A stretch of DNA of 64,000 bases from Bacteroidales bacterium (GTDB taxonomy: Bacteria > Bacteroidota > Bacteroidia > Bacteroidales > JAQXIO01). The translations under genes were made by a program, and so were the position numbers. The stretch spans positions 16,434 through 80,433 of the forward strand of contig JAQXIO010000027.1 in assembly GCA_029007825.1 (NCBI GenBank), read 5' to 3'. A model generated the notes under the pieces. That model saw only the letters and a list, made by a program, of their open reading frames with translations, was not told where the DNA came from and did not search any database. Positions 31,066 to 40,519 of this stretch are shown here, piece by piece; the first letter of the stretch is position 1; each line of letters begins with the position of its first letter.

Positions 31066-34035
31066 ATGCGAAAAATATTTTGGTGCGGATTGTTGTTGTT
31101 ATATTCGTTTTTTCTTTCCGCTCAGATTCCGAAAGTAAATATATATTCAAAAGTTGATCCGGTTGCCATGGAGGCGTGGGCCGATTCTGTTTTTGATACG
31201 ATGACTCTCGATGAGCGTATCGGGCAACTTTTTATGGTAGTCGCAGAACCAAAGCTGAATAGCCGTAACATGCAGAAAATAGAACGATATGTTTCAGAGC
31301 TGAAAGTTGGTGGAATTCTTTTCTCGAAAGGAAAATTGGAAGAACAGGCGAGAGTTACAAACCGTTGTCAGGAGATGTCTAAAGTGCCTCTTTTGATTTC
31401 ACTGGACGGAGAGTGGGGTTTGGCTATGCGTCTGGAACCAGTAGTCCGTTTTCCCCGGAATATGATGCTGGGGGCCATAGAAAATAATGAATTGATATCG
31501 CTTTACGGAAAAGAGGTCGGCCGGCAATGCAAAGAGATGGGGATTCAGATTAATTTTGCACCTGTACTGGATGTAAATGTAGCTCCTGAGAATCCGGTTA
31601 TCGGAATGCGTTCTTTCGGAAGCGATCCAGAGAATGTCATGCGTAAAGGATTGGCTTATTCGAAGGGACTCGAAGAAACTGGGATTCTTTCCGTGGCGAA
31701 ACATTTTCCGGGGCATGGCGATACAAATGATGATTCCCATTATACTCTTCCGGTTATTCCCCATGACCGTAAACGCTTGGAACAGGTAGAACTGTATCCT
31801 TTCCGTGCCTATATAAACGAACGTTTGTCAGGTATTATGACAGGTCATTTGTATATTCCGGCTTTGGATTCGGGCTCATTAATGCCGTCGTCACTGTCCC
31901 GTAAGATTGTTACTGATTTGCTTCAGAACGAATTAGGGTTTCAAGGGATTTGTTTTACCGATGCTTTAATGATGAAAGGATCGGGGAGTACGGATGTTTG
32001 TGTACAGTCTCTTCTTGCTGGTAATGATATTTTATTGAGCCCTGCCGATCCTTTGAAAGAATTTGCTTCTGTCAAAAGGGCTGTAGATAGCGGTTATATC
32101 GGTGTCGATTTAATTGAAGCAAAGTGTCTGAAAGTCCTCAAATTGAAATATGCGTTAGGTCTGCAGAATTATAAATCCATAGAATTGAAAGGTTTGGCAG
32201 AGCGTATTAATTCCTCCGATGCCGAATGGCTTGCCCGGAAGTTAAATGCCGAGGCAATAACGTTATTGAAGAATACTGATCGGGTAATCCCACTGAAAGA
32301 GCTGTCTAAAGTATCTACAGCTTCGTTGTCTTTAGGAGAGTCTTCTCCGTCTATATTTCAGGATGCAATGCAACGTTATACCAGTATCCCGTCTTATTCT
32401 CTTGCTCCCAAATCAGATGCAAAGAAGGTCTCGGAAATTTGCCGGTTATTGAAAAAATACGATCGTATAATTTTAGGTGTCCATTCGTCCCGTTCCGTGA
32501 TACCTGCCGAGTTAGAGAAATTGTTGGCAACAAAGAAGGTAACGGTGGTCTTTTTTCTGTCTCCTTATTTAATTAAGCGATTCGATAAAATAGACCGTTC
32601 TGCCGAGGCTGTAATTCTTGCCTATGAAAATACATCTTTTGCTCAGGATTGTGCCGCTCAGTTAGTTTTTGGAGGAATACCGGCAAAAGGAAAGCTTCCG
32701 GTCGATTTGCCGAGTTACCCTTTAGGTGCTGGAGAAATGACGGAGCAGGTTCGTTTGGGTTATAATTTGCCTCAGGAAGTCGGGCTATCATGGCAGAAGT
32801 TGGATGAGATAGATAAAATTGCACGCGAAGGAATTGCAGAGCGCGCTTATCCCGGTTGCCAGATTCTCGTGGCCAGAAAAGGTGTGGTTATATATCAGAA
32901 AGCTTTCGGTGCTTTTGATTATGATTCTATACGTATGGTTACCTTGAACGATTTGTATGATGTTGCATCTGTTACCAAGGCTGTAGCGACAACTCCGGCT
33001 TTAATGATGCTTTATGATCAAAAAAAATTTAAGCTGAATGATCCCATAAGTCAATTCTTACCGGTATTATCTCATACAAATAAAAGCGATATTACTTTCC
33101 GGGATTTGCTTTTCCATCAGTCCGGATTGCCTGCTTTTATTCCGTTTTACCGTATGGCAATCGATCCGGAAAGTTATAAGGGCGCTTTTTTTTCATCTGT
33201 GAAAACGCCGCTTTATCCTGCAATGGTAGATAAAAATTATTATGCTCGTACGGATTATGAATTCAAGCCACATTTGTGTACTCGTAAACAGAAACCGGAA
33301 TATATTTTCAGGGTTTCGGATTCCTTGTTTATATGTCCAGCTTTCAGAGACTCCGTATTTGCTTCGATTGCTGCTGTCCCACTTAAATCGAAAGAATATC
33401 GTTACAGTGATTTGAATTTTATTTTGCTCGGGGAGGCTGTTTCCAAAATGGCGGAAGAACCAATAAATGAATATCTGGAACAGCAACTTTATGCTCCGCT
33501 TGGAGCATCCCGGACTCTTTACCTTCCTCTTTCAAAGTTTTCAGTCGAATGTATTATCCCGACCGAAGAAGATCGTTTTTTGCGGAAACAGTTATTACAA
33601 GGTTATGTAAATGACGAATCTGCTGCCTTTCTGGGTGGAGTGGCAGGGAACGCCGGGTTGTTTTCAAATGCAAATGATCTTGCGAAAATATCCCAGATGT
33701 ATTTGAACGGTGGAACGTACGGAGGTGAAACTTATGTGGCAAAAGAGACCTGTCGTCTTTTTACCCAGGCAAAAAGCCCGGTTTCAAGAAGAGGTCTGGG
33801 GTTTGATAAGCCAGATGTGTTGTCTCCCAAGAAAAGTCCGGTGCCGAATGGGCTTCCGGGTTCTGTGTACGGGCATACCGGATTTACAGGGACATGTTTT
33901 TGGATAGATCCGGATAATGAATTGATTTATATATTTCTGTCGAACAGAGTTTATCCGACGAGAACAAATAAGAAGCTGACGCAAATGAATATAAGAGGGC
34001 GTATTCATCAGGCAATATATAATGCTATTGAATAG
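31066..34035 (+). CDS. GH3 beta-N-acetylglucosaminidase fused to a beta-lactamase-family serine hydrolase domain
   Basis: Signal peptide; GH3 NagZ-type KHFPGHG...DSH and FTDAL; C-terminal SVTK (SxxK), YSDLN and GHTGFTG. Confidence 0.88.
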   Translation: MRKIFWCGLLLLYSFFLSAQIPKVNIYSKVDPVAMEAWADSVFDTMTLDERIGQLFMVVAEPKLNSRNMQKIERYVSELKVGGILFSKGKLEEQARVTNRCQEMSKVPLLISLDGEWGLAMRLEPVVRFPRNMMLGAIENNELISLYGKEVGRQCKEMGIQINFAPVLDVNVAPENPVIGMRSFGSDPENVMRKGLAYSKGLEETGILSVAKHFPGHGDTNDDSHYTLPVIPHDRKRLEQVELYPFRAYINERLSGIMTGHLYIPALDSGSLMPSSLSRKIVTDLLQNELGFQGICFTDALMMKGSGSTDVCVQSLLAGNDILLSPADPLKEFASVKRAVDSGYIGVDLIEAKCLKVLKLKYALGLQNYKSIELKGLAERINSSDAEWLARKLNAEAITLLKNTDRVIPLKELSKVSTASLSLGESSPSIFQDAMQRYTSIPSYSLAPKSDAKKVSEICRLLKKYDRIILGVHSSRSVIPAELEKLLATKKVTVVFFLSPYLIKRFDKIDRSAEAVILAYENTSFAQDCAAQLVFGGIPAKGKLPVDLPSYPLGAGEMTEQVRLGYNLPQEVGLSWQKLDEIDKIAREGIAERAYPGCQILVARKGVVIYQKAFGAFDYDSIRMVTLNDLYDVASVTKAVATTPALMMLYDQKKFKLNDPISQFLPVLSHTNKSDITFRDLLFHQSGLPAFIPFYRMAIDPESYKGAFFSSVKTPLYPAMVDKNYYARTDYEFKPHLCTRKQKPEYIFRVSDSLFICPAFRDSVFASIAAVPLKSKEYRYSDLNFILLGEAVSKMAEEPINEYLEQQLYAPLGASRTLYLPLSKFSVECIIPTEEDRFLRKQLLQGYVNDESAAFLGGVAGNAGLFSNANDLAKISQMYLNGGTYGGETYVAKETCRLFTQAKSPVSRRGLGFDKPDVLSPKKSPVPNGLPGSVYGHTGFTGTCFWIDPDNELIYIFLSNRVYPTRTNKKLTQMNIRGRIHQAIYNAIE

Positions 34036-34103
34036 GACTCTGAGTTTATAGCCGGCTGTAATCTTATATGTTTTGAAGGAGTTGTCTTTATAATAGTATT
34101 GTG

Positions 34104-34856
34104 ATGAGAAAAGGAGTTTTTTTATTTATTTTCCTGATATCTTCGGCTTTTTCCGGAGTGATAAAATCCGAGACCTTTACAGGCTGTGCTTTTTCCGTTG
34201 TAGAAACGAAAAATGATTCGGTAAGTGCATTGAGTGCCGTATTGTATTCTTCGGGATATGATTTGTCCTCCATAGAGGAGCTTAAAGTACGGGGAGAACT
34301 TGCCGATGTCGATTTGCATTTGATGAGAGACAGTATGCCTCAGTTGAGAATAGTAGATCTTTCGGAAGTTCATCTGGAAGATAACCGGTTATCGGATAAG
34401 GTGTTTATGAATAAAGAGACGTTAGAAGCCGTTAAGCTTCCGGAAACTTTGCAGTCGATCGGATGGCTTACGTTTGTTGGTTGTAAAGCATTGGAAAATG
34501 TCGATTTTTTATCTTGCAAGAATCTGCAGATTATCGGTAAACTCTCTTTTTCGGGCTGTGGCTTGAAGGGTGATTTGGTTTTGCCCCCTTCAGTTACGAC
34601 AATAGAAGATTATGCATTTTATGGTGACAACCGATTGAAAAGCGTTCGTTTGCCGGCCTCTTTGGTTACAATAGGAGAGTTGGCATTTAAGGATTGTACG
34701 CAATTGGAGATTCTTCTGACTGAACAGGTCGAACCGATTGCTTTAAGTAGTAATATCGGAGCGAAAGGTGTTGTTTTGCAGGTTCCTAAGAAGGGTATAA
34801 AGGCTTATAAGAAGGCGAAGGTTTGGAAGGATTGCAGGATCAGTGCGTCAAAATAA
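34104..34856 (+). CDS. Secreted BspA-type leucine-rich-repeat (LRR_5) protein
   Basis: Signal peptide and repeats LPETLQSIG...F.GC, LPPSVTTIEDYAF and LPASLVTIGELAFKDC. Confidence 0.8.
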   Translation: MRKGVFLFIFLISSAFSGVIKSETFTGCAFSVVETKNDSVSALSAVLYSSGYDLSSIEELKVRGELADVDLHLMRDSMPQLRIVDLSEVHLEDNRLSDKVFMNKETLEAVKLPETLQSIGWLTFVGCKALENVDFLSCKNLQIIGKLSFSGCGLKGDLVLPPSVTTIEDYAFYGDNRLKSVRLPASLVTIGELAFKDCTQLEILLTEQVEPIALSSNIGAKGVVLQVPKKGIKAYKKAKVWKDCRISASK

Positions 34857-34888
34857 AAAAGAGCCTTGAAATTTCAAGGCTCTTTTTT
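34855..34888. terminator. Bidirectional terminator
   Basis: Perfect 34-nt palindrome AAAAAAGAGCCTTGAAATTTCAAGGCTCTTTTTT between convergent genes. Confidence 0.9.
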
Positions 34889-34908
34889 ATTTTGGGGTTA
34901 TTCTGTCT

Positions 34909-35079
34909 TTAGTTTGATCTTTTCCAAATAGCAATGAAGCTGATGAATCCCAATATAATAACAGCAAGCCCGGTAAGCAACAATGCGTTACTTGTTGTTC
35001 CCATTAGAAAAGGTGTTACTAAAATCGCTACACCAATGAGTATGATAATTACTCCGATGTACTTTACAAATTCGCTCAT
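34909..35079 (-). CDS. Small two-TM membrane protein (56 aa; absent from ORF track)
   Basis: Manual translation MSEFVKYIGVIIILIGVAILVTPFLMGTTSNALLLTGLAVIILGFISFIAIWKRSN; A-rich upstream region; ends just before the bidirectional terminator. Confidence 0.75.
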   Translation of the reverse strand: MSEFVKYIGVIIILIGVAILVTPFLMGTTSNALLLTGLAVIILGFISFIAIWKRSN

Positions 35080-35262
35080 AATGTGATTATTTTATATTGT
35101 TTTTTTTGCTTCTTGGTATTTGTTCGCAAATAAAGCAATTAAATGTCTAACGAGGAAATATTTTTTTATAAAAATGGTTTCCGGACGCGAATTTGTTTTG
35201 GTTAAAGACGAAATAAAATGATCAGATTATTACCTTTGTTATCTCATTCAAATGACATAAGT

Positions 35263-36036
35263 ATGGTGAAGCGAGTTTTAAGGTTTCTTTATCAGTGGTT
35301 GATTTTTCTCCCTCTGTTTTTGCCTCTTACTATTCTTACGGCACTTGTTACGATGATTGGCTGCTGGTTAGGCGGAGAACGTATTTTTGCCTATTATCCG
35401 GGAATGATCTGGTCTAGGCTGACCTGTTGGCTTGCTCTTTGTCCCGTACATGTAAAGGGGAGGGAGAAACTGCATAGACACCAATCTTATGTTTTTATTG
35501 CAAATCACCAAGGTGCATTCGATATATTTCTTATTTATGGATTCTTGGGATTTCCGATAAAGTGGATTATGAAAAAAAGTTTGAAAAGTATACCTTTTGT
35601 GGGGACGGCATGTGAATCGGCCGGATTTATTTTTGTCGATAATTCATCGCCAAAAGCTGCGGCAAATACCATTGCTGTTGCAGAAAAGAAACTTACGAGA
35701 GGAGCTTCTCTTATGATCTTTCCCGAAGGGGCACGGACACCTGACGGGCATATGCACCGGTTTATGAAGGGAGCTTATCAGATGGCTATTGATTTGAAAT
35801 TGCCTATTGTCCCCATAACTCTGAACGGTCCGTATGAGGTGCTTCCGATAGGTCATTTTTTAATTAATCCTCATAAACTTGAATTAATTATTCATGATCC
35901 GTTGCCGATAGAGTCTTTTACGCATTCCGATATTCCTGAAATGATTACTACTACACGGAACATTGTTGCCGACGGACTTTGGGAAAAGTACAGGGATGAT
36001 GTTACAGATTCCACTTCTTCAACCACGCGAAAATAA
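35263..36036 (+). CDS. plsC: 1-acyl-sn-glycerol-3-phosphate acyltransferase
   Basis: NHQGAFD (HX4D) and IFPEGART motifs; TACCTTTG promoter element at 35231 places the start at ATG 35263. Confidence 0.88.
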   Translation: MVKRVLRFLYQWLIFLPLFLPLTILTALVTMIGCWLGGERIFAYYPGMIWSRLTCWLALCPVHVKGREKLHRHQSYVFIANHQGAFDIFLIYGFLGFPIKWIMKKSLKSIPFVGTACESAGFIFVDNSSPKAAANTIAVAEKKLTRGASLMIFPEGARTPDGHMHRFMKGAYQMAIDLKLPIVPITLNGPYEVLPIGHFLINPHKLELIIHDPLPIESFTHSDIPEMITTTRNIVADGLWEKYRDDVTDSTSSTTRK

Positions 36037-37009
36037 TATTGTAAACTTTGTCTCGAACTCGTTTTATCGATAAAATCAGATCATGTTTCCCGCCATCGAC
36101 TGTTTGTATCGTGACATCCGGACCGAGTTTTTTTGCGTATTTTTGAATATCTCTCGTATCCAGTACGATGTCATGCGTTTGATATGCTTCGTTCCATTTC
36201 TTGTCCTCGGGCATGGATGCTGAGGAGCATAATACAAGTACCGGGATATTGATGGATAATCCCTTCTGGAGTTCACCTTGCGCTTTGTCGATAGCTCTGA
36301 TCCAGCCCATAGTCATATCATTACCATCTCTTTTTTTCTGCAAATCGTAGTCCCATTCTCCATGTTCGCTTTTGTGAAGACTCGCTCCGTATTGCGATTT
36401 GGACGCTTTCATGGCAATGGCTCTCGGAAAATATTTTCCAAGCCATGCGACTACAGGTATACCGATATTTTCCAGAAAAGGGGAGAGATACCAATCGAAA
36501 AACGGGCTGTTGAGAACGAGTGCAGAACAAGGGGGCTCATTCTTTTTGTCGTTTACGTAAAGAGAGGTAATGAGACCTCCGGTCGAATGGGCGGAAAGGA
36601 TAATTTCCGAATGTCCTTCGCTGCGTATAATTGCCAAAGCAGAGTCAAGATCCGGAAAATATTCGCGGATGTCCATGACGAAAAAGGGTGTTTGATGCGG
36701 TAGGATAGAGCGTCCGTATTTACGGAGGTCGACGGCATAAAAGTCATAGCCGTGCTTGCTATATTCATAGGCCATTTCCTTTTGAAAAAAGTAGTCGTTG
36801 AAGCCGTGTACATATAAAACGGCTTTTTCCGACGGAGTATTCCTATATTTAATAAGTGTGCTTATTACTTTTCCGTCGTAATCGTCTTCCATTACCATCG
36901 TGCGTGCCAGGAAATCCTTTCCTAATATATCTTCGTGATATTGGGCTGCCGATATATAAGAAACGGAAACAATACAGCTGATAAACAGTAATAAAATGCC
37001 TTTTTTCAT
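36002..37009 (-). CDS. Secreted alpha/beta hydrolase (lysophospholipase-like)
   Basis: Signal peptide; HGFNDYF, DLRKYGRS, AHSTGG nucleophile elbow and C-terminal HD; 3' end overlaps plsC by 35 nt. Confidence 0.85.
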   Translation of the reverse strand: MKKGILLLFISCIVSVSYISAAQYHEDILGKDFLARTMVMEDDYDGKVISTLIKYRNTPSEKAVLYVHGFNDYFFQKEMAYEYSKHGYDFYAVDLRKYGRSILPHQTPFFVMDIREYFPDLDSALAIIRSEGHSEIILSAHSTGGLITSLYVNDKKNEPPCSALVLNSPFFDWYLSPFLENIGIPVVAWLGKYFPRAIAMKASKSQYGASLHKSEHGEWDYDLQKKRDGNDMTMGWIRAIDKAQGELQKGLSINIPVLVLCSSASMPEDKKWNEAYQTHDIVLDTRDIQKYAKKLGPDVTIQTVDGGKHDLILSIKRVRDKVYNIIFAWLKKWNL

Positions 37010-37064
37010 AGAGCCGGGAGTTAAAGGATTCCTGTCTTTTACAAATAAACAGGGGAAATATTGA

Positions 37065-37091
37065 TTTGTAAAAATGTTTTTTTTACCTTTG
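37065..37091 (+). promoter_or_regulatory. Promoter of rpsF-rpsR-rplI
   Basis: TACCTTTG at 37084-37091 with upstream TTG/TTTG elements. Confidence 0.7.
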
Positions 37092-37136
37092 CACCGCTAA
37101 ATTACTTATTAATAATTTATTATCAAACAGAGTTTT

Positions 37137-37481
37137 ATGAACAATTACGAAACCGTTTTCATTTTAACTCCCGTTTTGTCTGATGTTCAGATGAAGGAAG
37201 CGGTAGAAAAATTCAAAGCTCTCTTGGTTGCAGAAAAAGCCGAGATAGTGAATGAAGAGAATTGGGGCCTGCGTAAGTTGGCTTATCCGATTCAGAAAAA
37301 ATCGACAGGGTTTTACCAGATGATCGAATTTAAGGCAGACCCTTCGGTAATTGAAAAATTAGAAGTGAATTTCCGTCGTGACGAACGTGTAATTCGTTTC
37401 TTAACATTCAAGCAAGAGAAATTTGCTGCAGAATATGCTGCAAAGAGACGTAGTATGAAATCTAAAGTAAAGGAGGATTAA
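37137..37481 (+). CDS. rpsF: 30S ribosomal protein S6
   Basis: [17 protein letters not shown] and DERVIRFL motifs. Confidence 0.99.
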   Translation: MNNYETVFILTPVLSDVQMKEAVEKFKALLVAEKAEIVNEENWGLRKLAYPIQKKSTGFYQMIEFKADPSVIEKLEVNFRRDERVIRFLTFKQEKFAAEYAAKRRSMKSKVKED

Positions 37482-37484
37482 GCT

Positions 37485-37757
37485 ATGGCAGTAACGAATC
37501 AATCGGAGATCAGATATTTGACACCTCCCACGGTAGATGTAAGAAAGAAAAAGTATTGCCGTTTTAAAAAGAGCGGAATTAAGTATATCGACTATAAAGA
37601 TCCCGAATTCCTGAAGAAATTCTTGAATGAACAGGGTAAAATTCTTCCTCGTCGTATAACCGGTACTTCGTTGAAGTTCCAACGTCGTATTGCGCAAGCT
37701 GTGAAAAGAGCTCGTCATTTGGCATTGCTCCCTTATGTAACCGATTTGATGAAATAA
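37485..37757 (+). CDS. rpsR: 30S ribosomal protein S18
   Basis: [15 protein letters not shown] and [10 protein letters not shown] motifs. Confidence 0.99.
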   Translation: MAVTNQSEIRYLTPPTVDVRKKKYCRFKKSGIKYIDYKDPEFLKKFLNEQGKILPRRITGTSLKFQRRIAQAVKRARHLALLPYVTDLMK

Positions 37758-37778
37758 TAAAAAAGGAGGAAAGAAACT

Positions 37779-38222
37779 ATGCAAGTTATTCTGAAAGAAG
37801 ATATCATCAATTTAGGCTATAAAGACGATATAGTAACGGTAAAAGATGGTTACGGACGTAATTATCTGATTCCGGAAGGCAAAGCGATCATTGCATCGGA
37901 AAGCGCAAAGAAAGTTTTGGCTGAGAACTTGAAACAACGTGCCCATAAGCTGGAAAAAATTAAAGCAGATGCCGTTGAATTAGCTCAGAAACTTAATGGC
38001 CTTACTTTGACAATAGGTGCGAAAACAAGTTCGACAGGAACGATTTTCGGTTCAGTGACAAATATTCAGGTGGCGGAAGCTCTTGAAAAGGAAGGTCACA
38101 AAATAGACCGTAAGATTATTTACATTAAAGAAGCTATTAAAGAAGTTGGAAATTACAAGGCAGTTATTAAATTGCACAAGGAAGTTGCGGCTGAAATAGC
38201 TTTGAATGTTGTATCTGAATAA
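37779..38222 (+). CDS. rplI: 50S ribosomal protein L9
   Basis: [12 protein letters not shown] and IFGSVT motifs. Confidence 0.99.
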   Translation: MQVILKEDIINLGYKDDIVTVKDGYGRNYLIPEGKAIIASESAKKVLAENLKQRAHKLEKIKADAVELAQKLNGLTLTIGAKTSSTGTIFGSVTNIQVAEALEKEGHKIDRKIIYIKEAIKEVGNYKAVIKLHKEVAAEIALNVVSE

Positions 38223-38240
38223 TTTATTCCTATTAAATAA

Positions 38241-38273
38241 AAAAGAGTCATCTGAAACCAGATGACTTTTTTT
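38241..38273 (+). terminator. Intrinsic terminator after rplI
   Basis: AGTCATCTG/CAGATGACT stem followed by a T-run. Confidence 0.85.
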
Positions 38274-38315
38274 ATGTCTTGTTTTTAAGTCTTTGTAATT
38301 TGTAATATAAGCAAT

Positions 38316-38345
38316 AAAAAAGAGCCTGTTTTTACAGACTCTTTT
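38316..38345 (-). terminator. Intrinsic terminator of the small lipoprotein gene
   Basis: On the minus strand: AAAAGAGTCTGT-AAAA-ACAGGCTCTTTTTT. Confidence 0.75.
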
Positions 38346-38367
38346 ACTCAATTGTGGATCAGTGATT

Positions 38368-38562
38368 TTACTGAGCATTGTTAGCGGTAGAGTCAACTGA
38401 AACAGTTTCTTCAACCACTGTTGTTTCTTCGACTACCGGAGCTTCTGTAACTTCTTCAGTAGCAGGTGTTTCTGCAACTTCCTGATTTGTTTCTGCTTTG
38501 TTTCCACAAGAAGCGAATGATACAGCAACTGCAATAGCAGCAAATAAAACTAACTTTTTCAT
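38368..38562 (-). CDS. Small acidic low-complexity lipoprotein (64 aa)
   Basis: MKK + hydrophobic stretch + FASC lipobox; Glu/Thr/Val-rich mature part; own promoter (TACCTTTG at 38624-38631, minus strand) and terminator. Confidence 0.85.
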   Translation of the reverse strand: MKKLVLFAAIAVAVSFASCGNKAETNQEVAETPATEEVTEAPVVEETTVVEETVSVDSTANNAQ

Positions 38563-38685
38563 TTCCGTAAAAATTAAACTTTTGTTATATAGTTACTTTT
38601 GCCTTCTATCTCAGAAGACGCGGCAAAGGTAACCACTTTATCTATATGTTGTATAACATTTGGGATAATTTTTTTGTTTGGAAAT

Positions 38686-40347
38686 TTAATTTTGATAAAG
38701 GTAGCGTTTAATACTTTTTTTAGGCGTTTTTTCGAACTCGTTGGGGAAGAGCTGGAACGATGATACTGTTTCGTATGGGGCAACTATCTTATTGAGTTTT
38801 AGTCTGTTATCTTCCATTATCTCTGAGACCTTTTCTGTCGAGATACCATCGGTGTCCATAGCGTCCAAATCGGGATATATCAAAGCTACAAGTTTACCAT
38901 TTTTTTCTATTATTAAACTTTCGTTTACGTAAGGGAGATTATTCAATTTAGCTTCGATTTCTTCCGGATAGATATTCTGGCCACTGGCTCCCAGAATCAT
39001 GGTTTTACCGCGTCCGCGGATAAATATTCTGTTATTCAGGTCGATTGTACCCAGGTCACCGGTTTTCAGCCAACCGTCTTTTGTGAAGACAGCTTTTGTT
39101 GCTTCCGGATATTTATAATATCCTTTCATTACATTTTCTCCCTTTACCTGGATTTCACCGACTGTTTTGTATGGATCTTCGGAGTCAATACGCACTTTCA
39201 TGATTCCTTTTAAAATCTGTCCGCACGATCCGGGGATAAAATCGTAATGATGATCGTAACTGATAAGAGGTGCGCATTCTGTCATTCCATAGCCGACAGT
39301 AAACGGAAATTTTATTTTGTAAAGGAAGTCTTCTACTTCTTTATTTAATGCAGCTCCCCCTATGATTACTTCGCAGAAGCGTCCGCCCATTGCGTCGATC
39401 AGTTTTTTTCTGATCTGGGCATAAATCCGGTTATCCAGAAATGGAATATTGAGAGCTACGCGCATGATTGGCCTACTGAGTGCAGGAATGATCATTTTGC
39501 GGTATATTTTTTCAATAATGAGGGGTACTGTTATGACAATGTGCGGTTTGACATCAGCTAAAGCTTTCATCAATATTTTTGGAGACGGAACTTTGTCCAG
39601 CAAAGTTACATGTGCTCCTACCGCGATAGGTAATATAAAATTAAATGCACAACCGTATGCATGTGCCAAAGGAAGGAAAGAGAGTGCTTTTTCCCCTTTT
39701 CTTAAAACGTCGAGTGTTTTGGCATAGGTTACATTACCAGCCAGGTTATTGCCGGTCAGCATTACACCCTTGCTGAAACCGGTAGTGCCGGAGGTATAGT
39801 TGAGCAGGACTATCGTATCGTTGTGTTGATTAATATATTTGACACTTTCAGGAGAAAATCCTTTTGGATAGGCTTTCTGGAAATAGGTGTCAAGATTTTC
39901 GTGAATGGATGCTATTTGTTCACCCTTTTTCTGATAAATGCAACTGTTATCATTGATGGAGAATGCAGCTCTTATCCCTTCGATGTTTTCTTCATCGATA
40001 TTTTCCCAGATGTTATCGCTACAGAAAAGCAGTACGGAATCGGAATGATTCAATATATGCTGTATGTCGTTAGAGTGGAAATCCTGAAGGATCGGAACGG
40101 TAACGGCTCCGTAAGTGATTGTAGCCATGTACGTTATGCACCAACGTATGTTGTTTTTTCCGACTAAAGCTATTTTATCTCCTTTCCGGATTTTGCATTC
40201 CTTGAATAGCAGATGTAGCCGGGCTATTTCCAATGCATATTCTCCGTAAGTAATAGTTTCTTTAGTCGAGTAGTTGGAGAGTGCAGGAAGATTCCAGTTT
40301 TCTTTGAAACTTTCCTCATATATTTTTATGAAGTTCTCTTTTACCAT
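38686..40347 (-). CDS. Long-chain fatty acyl-CoA synthetase (AMP-binding)
   Basis: YTSGTTGFSKG, GYGMTE, TGDLG and NIYPEEIE motifs; TACTTTTG promoter element at 40380-40387 (minus). Confidence 0.92.
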   Translation of the reverse strand: MVKENFIKIYEESFKENWNLPALSNYSTKETITYGEYALEIARLHLLFKECKIRKGDKIALVGKNNIRWCITYMATITYGAVTVPILQDFHSNDIQHILNHSDSVLLFCSDNIWENIDEENIEGIRAAFSINDNSCIYQKKGEQIASIHENLDTYFQKAYPKGFSPESVKYINQHNDTIVLLNYTSGTTGFSKGVMLTGNNLAGNVTYAKTLDVLRKGEKALSFLPLAHAYGCAFNFILPIAVGAHVTLLDKVPSPKILMKALADVKPHIVITVPLIIEKIYRKMIIPALSRPIMRVALNIPFLDNRIYAQIRKKLIDAMGGRFCEVIIGGAALNKEVEDFLYKIKFPFTVGYGMTECAPLISYDHHYDFIPGSCGQILKGIMKVRIDSEDPYKTVGEIQVKGENVMKGYYKYPEATKAVFTKDGWLKTGDLGTIDLNNRIFIRGRGKTMILGASGQNIYPEEIEAKLNNLPYVNESLIIEKNGKLVALIYPDLDAMDTDGISTEKVSEIMEDNRLKLNKIVAPYETVSSFQLFPNEFEKTPKKSIKRYLYQN

Positions 40348-40519
40348 AACTGTAACGGCACAAAAAAATATTTAATGTGCAAAAGTACGCTCTTGCTTTT
40401 ATATATACAAGAGAATGATGCACAAAAAGTGTCTTTTTGTGCTTTGTGCTTTGCCGTTTTTACGAATACTGCGAATTAGCGAAGTTTTCGTTACATTTGT
40501 GGTTCAGAAGAGTAATAAA

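Noticed and set aside
32700-34035. Antibiotic-resistance beta-lactamase
   Set aside because: It is the C-terminal domain of a GH3 fusion in a housekeeping context; the fold alone does not imply resistance.
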